DNA of 64,000 bases. Source: an uncultured Chryseobacterium sp. Its GTDB lineage: Bacteria; Bacteroidota; Bacteroidia; Flavobacteriales; Weeksellaceae. Positions 9,439-18,404 of the stretch are shown here, in pieces; the stretch's first letter is position 1, and every line of letters starts with the position of its first letter. The translations under genes were made by a program, and so were the position numbers. The stretch spans positions 7,323 through 71,322 of the forward strand of contig CBFGVN010000001.1 of the NCBI GenBank assembly GCA_965651845.1. The letters run 5' to 3'. The notes beneath the pieces are model-generated. The model was not told where the DNA came from, made no database searches, and saw only the letters and a program-made list of their open reading frames with translations.

Positions 9439-10629
9439 TTATGGTTCTTTCTGGAGAATTACAAACGCCGGGAAGTGATCGCTGTAACCTCCTGTGAACT
9501 GATCTCCGTTCCAGGATCGGAAAGGATAGCCTTTGTAATTTCCTTCTTTATTGACTAAGTAAGGCGGAGCAAAAATTTCCGCTTTATAAACAGAATATTC
9601 TTTTGTCACCTGGTCTGAAATCAGATTTTTAGAAACAATAATCTGGTCAAACAAGTTGGGTGCATCCTGATATGCCAATGAAGCCACGCCTTTTTTGTAT
9701 AAAGGATACATCAAATTAAGATAAGGAGTTGTTTCACTTAAATCTTTCGGGCTTGGCTGGGCTTTCAGATAATTTTTTAAACTAGAACTTACAGGATCAT
9801 CATTGAAGTCACCCATCGCAAATAATTTTGTTGATGGATCCGCTGCTCTTATACTGTCCATTTGCTGTTTCAATAAAGCCGCAGCCGCATTTCTTTTTGG
9901 TAATGAAATTGCTTCACCGCCTCTTCTTGAAGGCCAGTGATTCATGAAGAAGGCCACTTTTTCGTTATCTAAAAATCCGGTTACTACCAAAATATCTCTT
10001 GTGTATTCTCTTTTTCCATCGTCACCAAAAACTTTCAGTTCTTTTTTCAATGAATTTGTCGGAGTAAATCTTCTTTTCTGATAGATTAAAGCAACATCAA
10101 TTCCCCTGTAATCGTAAGAATTGTAATGAATAATTCCGTAATCGTATTTTTTTAGAGCAGGTTCTTTAATGAGATCTTCGATTACCTGTCTGTTTTCCAC
10201 CTCGATAAGGCCTACCACAGCTGGAGCTGTTTTGGTGTACTGAGCTCCCATCTCAGAAATTACTTTTGCCTCGTTGGCCAGTTTTGCCTTATAAATTTTA
10301 GTGTTATAATTTTTAGGGCTGCTTGGTGTAAATTCGTCGGATCCGCTTTGATATCTTATCGCTTTTTTCCCTTTTAAAGCTTCATCGCTCCAGGTTCCGT
10401 CATATTTTTCGGCTTCCAGGAATTTGATGGAGTCCATAGGAATACTTCTGTGAAAGGCCGGGTTTTTAATATCTTTCGTGCCATCAATATAATCTGCCGA
10501 GCGTATTGTATCCCAAAGGTTTTCTACATTCAAAAAACCTACTGTGGCTACTTTTCTCAGTTTTCCCTGCTGTTGTGAAAATGCCATTATCGAAAAAATG
10601 ATGGCCAATAAACTCGAAAATCTCTTCAT
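9439..10629 (-). CDS. Secreted endonuclease/exonuclease/phosphatase (EEP, DNase I-like fold) family protein
   Basis: Signal peptide; FLNVENLWD, LIEVEN, RGIDVAL, NHWPSR, MGDFND, FDQI and SDHFP motifs. Confidence 0.9.
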   Translation of the reverse strand: MKRFSSLLAIIFSIMAFSQQQGKLRKVATVGFLNVENLWDTIRSADYIDGTKDIKNPAFHRSIPMDSIKFLEAEKYDGTWSDEALKGKKAIRYQSGSDEFTPSSPKNYNTKIYKAKLANEAKVISEMGAQYTKTAPAVVGLIEVENRQVIEDLIKEPALKKYDYGIIHYNSYDYRGIDVALIYQKRRFTPTNSLKKELKVFGDDGKREYTRDILVVTGFLDNEKVAFFMNHWPSRRGGEAISLPKRNAAAALLKQQMDSIRAADPSTKLFAMGDFNDDPVSSSLKNYLKAQPSPKDLSETTPYLNLMYPLYKKGVASLAYQDAPNLFDQIIVSKNLISDQVTKEYSVYKAEIFAPPYLVNKEGNYKGYPFRSWNGDQFTGGYSDHFPAFVILQKEP

Positions 10630-10662
10630 CCTCTTAGAGTTATTTAATAATTATTTAATCTG

Positions 10663-10817
10663 CAAATTTACTTTTTTTTAATTCAAAACATTTTAAATAT
10701 TTGTAAATTTAAAGTGTGGTATTCCTGTTTTTTTTATATAATGATTCTTAAAAGTTTGCAATGTTAAGAAAAAATAACGTGAAAGAGGTGGTAAATTATA
10801 AAATTTGACTAAATTTG
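10663..10817. promoter_or_regulatory. Divergent promoter pair for the EEP nuclease (-) and TonB receptor (+)
   Basis: TAAATTTG on the minus strand at 10663-10670 and on the plus strand at 10810-10817. Confidence 0.6.
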
Positions 10818-10880
10818 CCTCCCCAACTTTTAAACTGTTGAAAATTAACAAGAAAAGTATTTAAAAAAATAAATATACTC

Positions 10881-13748
10881 ATGATTAAAAAACTATCATT
10901 AGTCTCTTTATTTACTTTGCTTCCAGCTTCATATTATTTTGCGCAGACCACTGTATCTGCGTATCTGAAAGATGCAGACGGAAAGCCTGTAGAACGGGCA
11001 GAAGTAGATCTGAAAGGGAATGACAATGATGTAACGGCCGACAAAATCGGATATTTCCAATTTGTAGATTTACAGCCGGGGCATTACCAAATTGTGATTA
11101 CGAAACCGAATTACGAAACCAAAGTAATGGAGTTTGACGTAGCCAATGAGAAGAAAAAGGATCTAGGGACAATTACTCTATATTCTACATTGACAAGCGC
11201 AGATCAGGGCTTAGCAATTATTGACAGTGATGGTGATGATGAAGATAGTAATAGTGGGCAGGCTTCTACAGTTGGTTTACTGCAGTCTTCTCAGGATATT
11301 TTCAGCAGAATCGCAGCGTTTGATTTAGGTTTCTATTGGTTCCGCCCAAGAGGGATTGATGGAAGATTCGGAGAAACCATGTTGAATGGTGTTTCTATGA
11401 TTAAGTCTGATAACGGTAATGTTGACTTTGGAAACTGGGGCGGGCTTAATGAAATTACAAGATACCCAGAAATTTCTGCCAACCATTCACCATCTGAATA
11501 TGCTTTCGGAGGAAACAGTTCAGTGGTATATAAAAATACAAAAGCAAGCGAATACAGAAAAGGATTTCAGTTTACTCAATCTTTAACCAATAGAAATTAC
11601 AGAAACAGAACATCTTTGAGATACAGCTCAGGAATGAGCAAAAAAGGATGGGCATTTACTGTAATGGGGGCGAGAAGATGGGCTGATGAAGGTATCCAGG
11701 AAGGAACTTTCTATGATGCTTACGGAGCTTACTTAGGTATCGAGAAAAAGTTTAACGATAAGCATACGATGACATTCAACTTTATCGGTGCACCTTACAG
11801 AAGATCTACTTCAAGCCCGAGTACTCAGGAAGTTTATGATTATAGAGGAGTACATTATAACTCATATTGGGGCTACCAGGATGGCGAGCAGAGAAGCGAA
11901 AGGGTAAGAAAAGGCTTCCAGCCGATTTTCCAAATTCAGGATTTCTGGAAAATTAATAAAAACTCAAGCCTCTGGACTTCACTGTCATACCAATTCGGGA
12001 AAGATAAAGGATCCCGTTTAGACTGGCAGAACGTACAAAACCCTTCTCCAACATATTACAGAAACTTACCAAGTTACTACGATTCTTTAGATCCTAATGC
12101 TTCAGTAGTAAATCCTGACGGAACAATGACGACAGCTCAGGATGCTTTCCAAACCTCTTTAGCAGGATGGACTTCGGGAGACCCCAACATTACACAGCTA
12201 AACTGGGACAGATTGTACAGAAGAAATATGCAGCAGCCAGCTGACACCTATTACGGACAGTTTGGAAAAAGAGCTTTATATTATTTAGTGAACGATGTAA
12301 GCGATGATAAAATCTGGAATGCCGCCACACATTTTGTTCATAATTTTAATGATACTACTAAATTCTTATTAAACGTATCTTATCAAAATTACCGATCAGA
12401 GCAATATAGAGAAGTAAATGATCTTTTAGGAGCAGACTTTGTCTTAAACAGAGATCCGTTTGCCGCAACCAACCAACCCGGAAAATCAGGTTTATTTAAT
12501 GAAGGTGAAGAAAATGTAACGAAAAAAGTAGGTGATAAAATGACTTACGACTACATTTTCAGAAGACAGGAAGTAAAGGTAAACCCGGGAGTGAAGTTTA
12601 CAACCGGAGCATTTGATGTTTTTGTTTCTGCAATGGCCGCATATTCTTCTTCAAGCAGAGAAGGCTTATTCAAGCATTATTTATATCAGGATTCTTACGG
12701 AAAAGGAACAGATTACAATTATTGGAACTACGGATTAAAAGGTCAGGTTATTTACAGGCTGAACGGTAGAAATTTCTTTGTATATAATGGAGCTTATTAT
12801 TCTCAGGCGCCTTATTTGGAGGATTTGTTTATCAACCCGAGAGTCAATGGATCTGTTGCACCCAATGTAAAGAATATGGTAGTAAATGCTAATGATTTGA
12901 GCTACGTAATTTCTACACCTTTCTTAAAACTAAGATTAACAGGATATTTAGTGGATACAGAAAATGAAACAACAGTTCAAAGGTTTTTTGCTGATGGAAT
13001 TCAATTAAGTAATTCTGATGATCAGGGAGATCAGACAATTGTTCAGAGTGCTTTCGTTACGCAGGTAATGACAGACGTGAAGAAAAGAAATATGGGGCTG
13101 GAATTGGGAGTAGATGTTAAAGTACTTCCTACATTATCTTTTCAAGGATTGGCAAGCTTAGGACAATATACTTATAGAAACGATCCTACAACTTACTTTG
13201 CATCTGATGCTACAGGAACTTTCTCAAATGGGCTTCCTTATCTGAATTTAGGAAAAGCCTATATTAATAATTATCGTCAGGGAGGGACTCCTCAGCAGGC
13301 ATTCTCTTTAGGCTTCCGTTACAATAATCCAAAATATTGGTGGGTAGGAGCCAACTGGAATTATTTTGATGACAATTATCTGGATCCATCTGCTTTAATC
13401 AGAACAGAATCTTTCATCCAAAACAACAATTCGGGAACACCTTATTATAACCTTACAGAGTCTGAGCTGAGAAGAGTACTGGAACCTACAAGATTGCCTT
13501 CTTCATTCTTTCTGAATGCAAATGCAGGTAAATCTTGGGTCATTGGTAAATATTATGTATTAATTTCCGCAACGGTAAACAACATTCTCAATAACAGAAA
13601 ATATATTACCGGGGGATTTGAACAGACTAGAAATGCTAAATTCCCTGATTTTGTACAGGATGCAGATAGAGAATTTACTCTTTTCGGACCAAAATATTGG
13701 TATACCCAAGGAAGATCATACTTCGTAAATTTACAGTTTAGATTCTAA
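10881..13748 (+). CDS. TonB-dependent outer-membrane receptor with N-terminal carboxypeptidase-regulatory-like domain
   Basis: Signal peptide, Ig-like N-terminal extension, plug FRPRGIDG..LNG, beta-barrel ending GRSYFVNLQFRF. Confidence 0.88.
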   Translation: MIKKLSLVSLFTLLPASYYFAQTTVSAYLKDADGKPVERAEVDLKGNDNDVTADKIGYFQFVDLQPGHYQIVITKPNYETKVMEFDVANEKKKDLGTITLYSTLTSADQGLAIIDSDGDDEDSNSGQASTVGLLQSSQDIFSRIAAFDLGFYWFRPRGIDGRFGETMLNGVSMIKSDNGNVDFGNWGGLNEITRYPEISANHSPSEYAFGGNSSVVYKNTKASEYRKGFQFTQSLTNRNYRNRTSLRYSSGMSKKGWAFTVMGARRWADEGIQEGTFYDAYGAYLGIEKKFNDKHTMTFNFIGAPYRRSTSSPSTQEVYDYRGVHYNSYWGYQDGEQRSERVRKGFQPIFQIQDFWKINKNSSLWTSLSYQFGKDKGSRLDWQNVQNPSPTYYRNLPSYYDSLDPNASVVNPDGTMTTAQDAFQTSLAGWTSGDPNITQLNWDRLYRRNMQQPADTYYGQFGKRALYYLVNDVSDDKIWNAATHFVHNFNDTTKFLLNVSYQNYRSEQYREVNDLLGADFVLNRDPFAATNQPGKSGLFNEGEENVTKKVGDKMTYDYIFRRQEVKVNPGVKFTTGAFDVFVSAMAAYSSSSREGLFKHYLYQDSYGKGTDYNYWNYGLKGQVIYRLNGRNFFVYNGAYYSQAPYLEDLFINPRVNGSVAPNVKNMVVNANDLSYVISTPFLKLRLTGYLVDTENETTVQRFFADGIQLSNSDDQGDQTIVQSAFVTQVMTDVKKRNMGLELGVDVKVLPTLSFQGLASLGQYTYRNDPTTYFASDATGTFSNGLPYLNLGKAYINNYRQGGTPQQAFSLGFRYNNPKYWWVGANWNYFDDNYLDPSALIRTESFIQNNNSGTPYYNLTESELRRVLEPTRLPSSFFLNANAGKSWVIGKYYVLISATVNNILNNRKYITGGFEQTRNAKFPDFVQDADREFTLFGPKYWYTQGRSYFVNLQFRF

Positions 13749-13785
13749 CATTATCTACTAACTACTTTAATTTAAAATTATTAAA

Positions 13786-15180
13786 ATGAATAATATAAAG
13801 AAATACTTAAGTTTAGTAACAGGAGTTGCATTCGCCGCAATTTCTATTACCTCTTGTGTACAAAAAGATGAGTGGGAAACTCCGCCTATCAATTGTGAAA
13901 ATAAATTTCCTGAAGCAAATACAACAATGGCTGCCATTAAAGCGATGGCACCTGCGAATGGAGCTGTATTGATCACTACCGATCAGATCTTTGACGGATA
14001 TGTAGTTTCTTCTGACGAAAACGGAAACTTCTATAAAACAATTTCTTTCCAGGATAAGCCTGAAAATCCGACAGTGGGTCTTCAAATAGAAGTTGATAAA
14101 TCCAGCAATTATGCAGATTACCCAGTTGGAGCACATATCAGAATTAATGCTAAAGGATTAAGAGTAGGAACAGATAGAGGAGCTGTAAAATTAGGTTCCG
14201 TTGACCCTACTTATGCAATCGGAAGAATTCCGGCTTCTTTGGTAGGTAGATATATTTCAGGAGTTTGTAATGGAAACGGTCTTGATGTAGCTACTATCAA
14301 GCCATTAGAGTTACCAAACCTTGCTGCTGCTAAAAGTGAGCAATACATTAATACATTGGTAAAAGTATCAAATACTCAGTTTACAATTGGAGATATTTAT
14401 CCTGTTAATAAAACATATATTGATTATGTTGCTGGTGCCGGAGTTGATACAGACAGAACATTGGAAGATGCTTCAGGGAACAGTGTAGTTCTAAGAAATT
14501 CTGGATTTTTCTCCGAAGGATCGGCTTTACTGCCAACAGGAAATGGAGATATTACTTTTGTAGTGAGCCGTTACAATACAACTTGGCAAATGTTGATCAG
14601 AAATACTAAGGATGTAAACTTCAAAGGAGCAAGAGTGGACGCAACTCCGCCAAAAGGGGGCACTGCGATCACTTATTCGGGTTCTTTCCTTGAAAATTTT
14701 GAAAGTTATTCAACTTCACCTGCAAACTTGGAAGTTTATCCTAAATATGTGAACGATCCACTTTTAGGAAACAGATATTGGCAGTTGAAAACTTTTAGTG
14801 GAAACAAATATATTCAGCTAGGAGCAAATTCCGGTTCAGGACCTTATGTAACTTATTTTGTGGTACCGGTAGATTTTACGGCTGCAAATACATTGAAATT
14901 TGATGTGAATGTAGGATTCTGGAATGGGAATGCTTTAAAAGTTTATTATACAACAAACTATACTCCTCTTGGAGACATTACACAGGCTACCAAAACAGAT
15001 ATTACATCTGCATTTACAATTCCTCAGACACCTACAAGTGGATACGGTGTTTTAGCTCCGGCTGGAACATATAATATTCCTGCTTCATTAACGGGGAACG
15101 GATTTATTTTATTCGAATACTCAGGAAACGGAAGTGGTGTTACTACTACAATTCAATTAGATAATATTCAGGTACAATAA
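13786..15180 (+). CDS. DUF5689-domain surface lipoprotein
   Basis: Lipobox ITSC followed by VQKDE (export-signal-like); GYVVSSDENGNFYKTISFQD is characteristic of DUF5689; C-terminal beta-sandwich. Confidence 0.82.
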   Translation: MNNIKKYLSLVTGVAFAAISITSCVQKDEWETPPINCENKFPEANTTMAAIKAMAPANGAVLITTDQIFDGYVVSSDENGNFYKTISFQDKPENPTVGLQIEVDKSSNYADYPVGAHIRINAKGLRVGTDRGAVKLGSVDPTYAIGRIPASLVGRYISGVCNGNGLDVATIKPLELPNLAAAKSEQYINTLVKVSNTQFTIGDIYPVNKTYIDYVAGAGVDTDRTLEDASGNSVVLRNSGFFSEGSALLPTGNGDITFVVSRYNTTWQMLIRNTKDVNFKGARVDATPPKGGTAITYSGSFLENFESYSTSPANLEVYPKYVNDPLLGNRYWQLKTFSGNKYIQLGANSGSGPYVTYFVVPVDFTAANTLKFDVNVGFWNGNALKVYYTTNYTPLGDITQATKTDITSAFTIPQTPTSGYGVLAPAGTYNIPASLTGNGFILFEYSGNGSGVTTTIQLDNIQVQ

Positions 15181-15202
15181 AAAATCCGAATGTTTAAATA
15201 TC

Positions 15203-15231
15203 AAAGGCTGTCTTTTTTAGACAGCCTTTTT
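15203..15231. terminator. Bidirectional terminator
   Basis: aaaggctgtct-tttt(t)-agacagccttttt between convergent genes. Confidence 0.8.
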
Positions 15232-15239
15232 ATTTTAGT

Positions 15240-15641
15240 TTAATGCTTAAAGTGATAAATTTGGTAGACCACATAATTTTCGGTATTCCAGCATAAAATA
15301 TTTTCTTCAATCAATCTATATAATTCCAATTCCAAATATTTATCTGTAAAATTGAGGTTCTTGTATTCAGAATGAGTAAGAATAAATTGTTTAAATGCCC
15401 AAAGTGAAAATGTGATGTCATCCATAAAATAATCATAATGACATTCAGTTCCTTTTATATTCAAACTGCATCCGCTTCCATGAAACCAGAAATGATAATC
15501 TTTTATTATACCTTTTCTTGCAAATTGAAGTCCTATTTGAGAAAGTATTCTTTCGTTTTTAATTAAATTATGTTCTTTTCGGATTAATTTTTCAAAATCT
15601 TTTATACACTTTATATACTTTGAAAGTATCTCTTCAATCAT
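15240..15641 (-). CDS. Hypothetical protein with FHGxGC motif (DUF6896-like)
   Basis: Very AT-rich ORF starting MIEEILSK; HFWFHGSGC motif; own -7 element immediately upstream. Confidence 0.55.
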   Translation of the reverse strand: MIEEILSKYIKCIKDFEKLIRKEHNLIKNERILSQIGLQFARKGIIKDYHFWFHGSGCSLNIKGTECHYDYFMDDITFSLWAFKQFILTHSEYKNLNFTDKYLELELYRLIEENILCWNTENYVVYQIYHFKH

Positions 15642-15699
15642 AATGCAAAAATAAAAAAACCACCGCAAAAGCAGTGGCTTATATTAGTATTAAATTCTT

Positions 15700-16170
15700 T
15701 TAAAAAGAAACTTCATTCACTTCTTTCCCCCTTTGGAAATTCATTGTTTTCTGACTTCCTTTATAAGCTATATTAACGAGGTTAATCTGCTTAGGAAAAG
15801 TGCTTAGAAGAATCGTATTTTTTATCTTTAAAGTATTGATATCTGAAACGCCTCCAGCCTCAAAATACACCCATACAGTTTCTCCGCTTACCTGACTTCC
15901 TGTGAATGTTATCGTTTTCGGAGAGCCATTGACGTATACATCAAAATTATTATTTACATATTTTTTTACTTCTGCCTCGAATCCTGCCGTATTAGGATTT
16001 ATTTTAATGGCATCCGAAATATGGTTTGTATTCATTTTTGTGGTGAACTTCAATGTCTTGCTTCCGTCTATATAATCCACTTTCGTCATTGAAGAGTAAA
16101 AGTCCACATACGTAAAACTCATTAACATAAAAAATGTTAAAATTCCTGATATATATAAAAATTTTTTCAT
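15700..16170 (-). CDS. DUF6702 family exported protein
   Basis: Signal from MKKFLYIS; DFYSSMTKVDY, VWVYFE, IKNTILLSTFPKQINLVNI. Confidence 0.75.
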   Translation of the reverse strand: MKKFLYISGILTFFMLMSFTYVDFYSSMTKVDYIDGSKTLKFTTKMNTNHISDAIKINPNTAGFEAEVKKYVNNNFDVYVNGSPKTITFTGSQVSGETVWVYFEAGGVSDINTLKIKNTILLSTFPKQINLVNIAYKGSQKTMNFQRGKEVNEVSF

Positions 16171-16228
16171 TTTAAATAATAGATTTGCAATCAAGCTTGT
16201 TTGTATTAAGTCACAAATAATATGCCAA

Positions 16229-16981
16229 TTAAAAATTAACGTTCACAGAGTACTTATCGTAAAATGCCTTGATGTGTGCCACTGCTTCGTCAGCCGTGTC
16301 TACCACACGATAAAGCTCAAGATCTTCTTCGTGAATCATTTTTTCTTTTAACAAAGTTTCTTTAAACCAATCCAAAAGACCGCTCCAAAAATCAGAGCCG
16401 ACTAAAACGATTGGAAACCTCCCGATTTTGTTAGTCTGAATCAATGTTAAAGCTTCTGTAAGCTCATCCAATGTTCCAAATCCTCCCGGCATTACGACAA
16501 AACCTTGAGAATATTTCACAAACATCACCTTTCTTACGAAGAAATAATCGAAGTTCATGGAATATGATTTGTTGATGTAAGGATTAAAATGCTGCTCAAA
16601 CGGCAGGTCAATATTCAGCCCGATAGATTTTCCTTGTGCATTGAAAGCACCTTTATTTCCGGCTTCCATGATTCCGGGGCCGCCTCCGGTAATAATTCCG
16701 AATCCTATTTTTGTAATTTTTTCTGCAATTTCTACAGCCATTTTGTAGTATTTGCTTTGAGGTTTCAGCCTTGCAGACCCGAAAATAGAAACGCAGGGTC
16801 CTATTTTTGCCAGTTTTTCGTAGCCGTCTACAAACTCAGCCATTACCTTAAATACCATCCAGCTGTCTTTCGTGATGGTTTCGTCCCAGGTTTTTTGCCT
16901 TAGACTGTTTTGTAATTTTGTTTCGTTAATATCAAGTTCAGGATTTACTAAACTTTCATCCCTCATTCCTTCAATTCCCAT
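16229..16981 (-). CDS. LOG family (TIGR00730) nucleotide phosphoribohydrolase
   Basis: SIFGSAR, TGGGPGIMEA, FFVRKVMF, PGGFGTLDE. Confidence 0.92.
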   Translation of the reverse strand: MGIEGMRDESLVNPELDINETKLQNSLRQKTWDETITKDSWMVFKVMAEFVDGYEKLAKIGPCVSIFGSARLKPQSKYYKMAVEIAEKITKIGFGIITGGGPGIMEAGNKGAFNAQGKSIGLNIDLPFEQHFNPYINKSYSMNFDYFFVRKVMFVKYSQGFVVMPGGFGTLDELTEALTLIQTNKIGRFPIVLVGSDFWSGLLDWFKETLLKEKMIHEEDLELYRVVDTADEAVAHIKAFYDKYSVNVNF

Positions 16982-16990
16982 TGCAAAAAA

Positions 16991-17704
16991 TTATTTAAAA
17001 TGTTTTTCGGCTTCTATTACAGATTCCGGTCTTCCGACATCTATCAGGATACTGTCGTGCAAAAAGCCATGAATATGCTCTGTCTGCATCAGATCCAGAT
17101 ATTCTTCCATAACGGAAAATTTGCCTGTTCTTTTTATTTTATCAAAGATAACAGGGTTGATGCAGTGAACACCGCTGAAAGCCAATGCTTTGAATCCTTT
17201 GTTGAATTCCGCGAGCCTCTGTTCACCGGTCTGTACATTCAGCCAGCCCCTCAAAACCATATCATCATTGAATAGTAATTTTCGTGAACTTTCTCTATCC
17301 GAAACAGCTAATGTAGCAAAATCTTTTATCTTTTTATGATATTCTACAAAGTCTGTGATATTGATGTCCGTTAAAATATCCGCGTTCATGATGAGAAAAT
17401 CTTCCCCGTGATCAAGAAGTTTTCTGGCAAAAACCAAGCCACCGCCGGTTTCCAATAGTTCTTCCGTTTCGTCTGAGATTTCTATTTTGCATCCGAAATT
17501 ATTATTTTGATTTAAAAAATCAACTATTTGATTTCCAAAATGGTGAACATTTATGACAAAATCGGTTATTCCGAAACTTTTTAAATATTTAATATTTCTT
17601 TCCAAAAGAGGGACGCCGTTCACCTTTACCAATGCTTTCGGATGATGATCTGTAAAAGGTTTTAATCTTGTGCCTTTTCCTGCTGCGAAAATAAGTGCCT
17701 TCAT
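16991..17704 (-). CDS. Sugar-phosphate nucleotidyltransferase (MurU-like)
   Basis: AAGKGTRLKPFT..PKAL, LETGGGL, NADIL; same operon as the AmgK-like kinase. Confidence 0.85.
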   Translation of the reverse strand: MKALIFAAGKGTRLKPFTDHHPKALVKVNGVPLLERNIKYLKSFGITDFVINVHHFGNQIVDFLNQNNNFGCKIEISDETEELLETGGGLVFARKLLDHGEDFLIMNADILTDINITDFVEYHKKIKDFATLAVSDRESSRKLLFNDDMVLRGWLNVQTGEQRLAEFNKGFKALAFSGVHCINPVIFDKIKRTGKFSVMEEYLDLMQTEHIHGFLHDSILIDVGRPESVIEAEKHFK

Positions 17705-17784
17705 TATTTATAATAGATAAGTGATGAATGATAATCGATAAATATAAACAGTTTTTCAATCATTTATAAATAATCGCTTATCAT

Positions 17785-18192
17785 TTATGAATTCAGTTGA
17801 TGCTGCTCATCATGATGAAGGCTGATTTCAACTTTATCACCATATTTTTCCTGAATAAAATGAGCAATTTTAATTGCAGAATACACTGATCTGTGCTGTC
17901 CTCCGGTACATCCGAAATTGATCTGAAGATTTTCAAAGCCTCTTTCCAGATAGTTGTCGATATTAATTGAAACTAAGCTTTTGATTAATTCTAAAAACTT
18001 TGGCATTTCAGTTTTTGTTTCCAGATATTCCTGAACGCCGATGTCATCTCCGGTCTGGATTTTATATTCCTCAATTCTTCCGGGATTTAAAATTCCACGG
18101 CAATCGAACGTAAAACCGCCGCCGTTTCCCGATTCATCCTTTGGAATTCCTCCTTTTTTATACGAAAAACTGTGTATGTCGATGTGTAGCAT
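17785..18192 (-). CDS. Stand-alone RapZ C-terminal-domain protein
   Basis: SFSYKKGGIP, FDCRGILNPGR, FGCTGGQHRSV. Confidence 0.85.
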   Translation of the reverse strand: MLHIDIHSFSYKKGGIPKDESGNGGGFTFDCRGILNPGRIEEYKIQTGDDIGVQEYLETKTEMPKFLELIKSLVSINIDNYLERGFENLQINFGCTGGQHRSVYSAIKIAHFIQEKYGDKVEISLHHDEQHQLNS

Positions 18193-18307
18193 TTTCTTTT
18201 CTATTTAAATTTTGAACTATAAAGTTCATTGTTTATTGTTAATTTTTTTTTTTCACTTCTGCGATTCACTTTTATCATTCTGAGGGAATCTCAACTTGTT
18301 TTTTTAG

Positions 18308-18404
18308 ATCCTTCGACTGCTTCGTGCTCAGGATGACATCGCTGATACTAACTGCCTTATTGAAACGTAATTCAATCATTGTCAGTCTGAGCCTGTCGAA
18401 GACT
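18308..18404 (-). repeat. 97-bp palindromic MITE/REP-like element, copy 1
   Basis: Matches the reverse complement of 20467-20563 with 8 mismatches; imperfect terminal inverted repeats cttcgac..ctcag..tgaca / tgtca..ctgag..gtcgaag. Confidence 0.88.
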
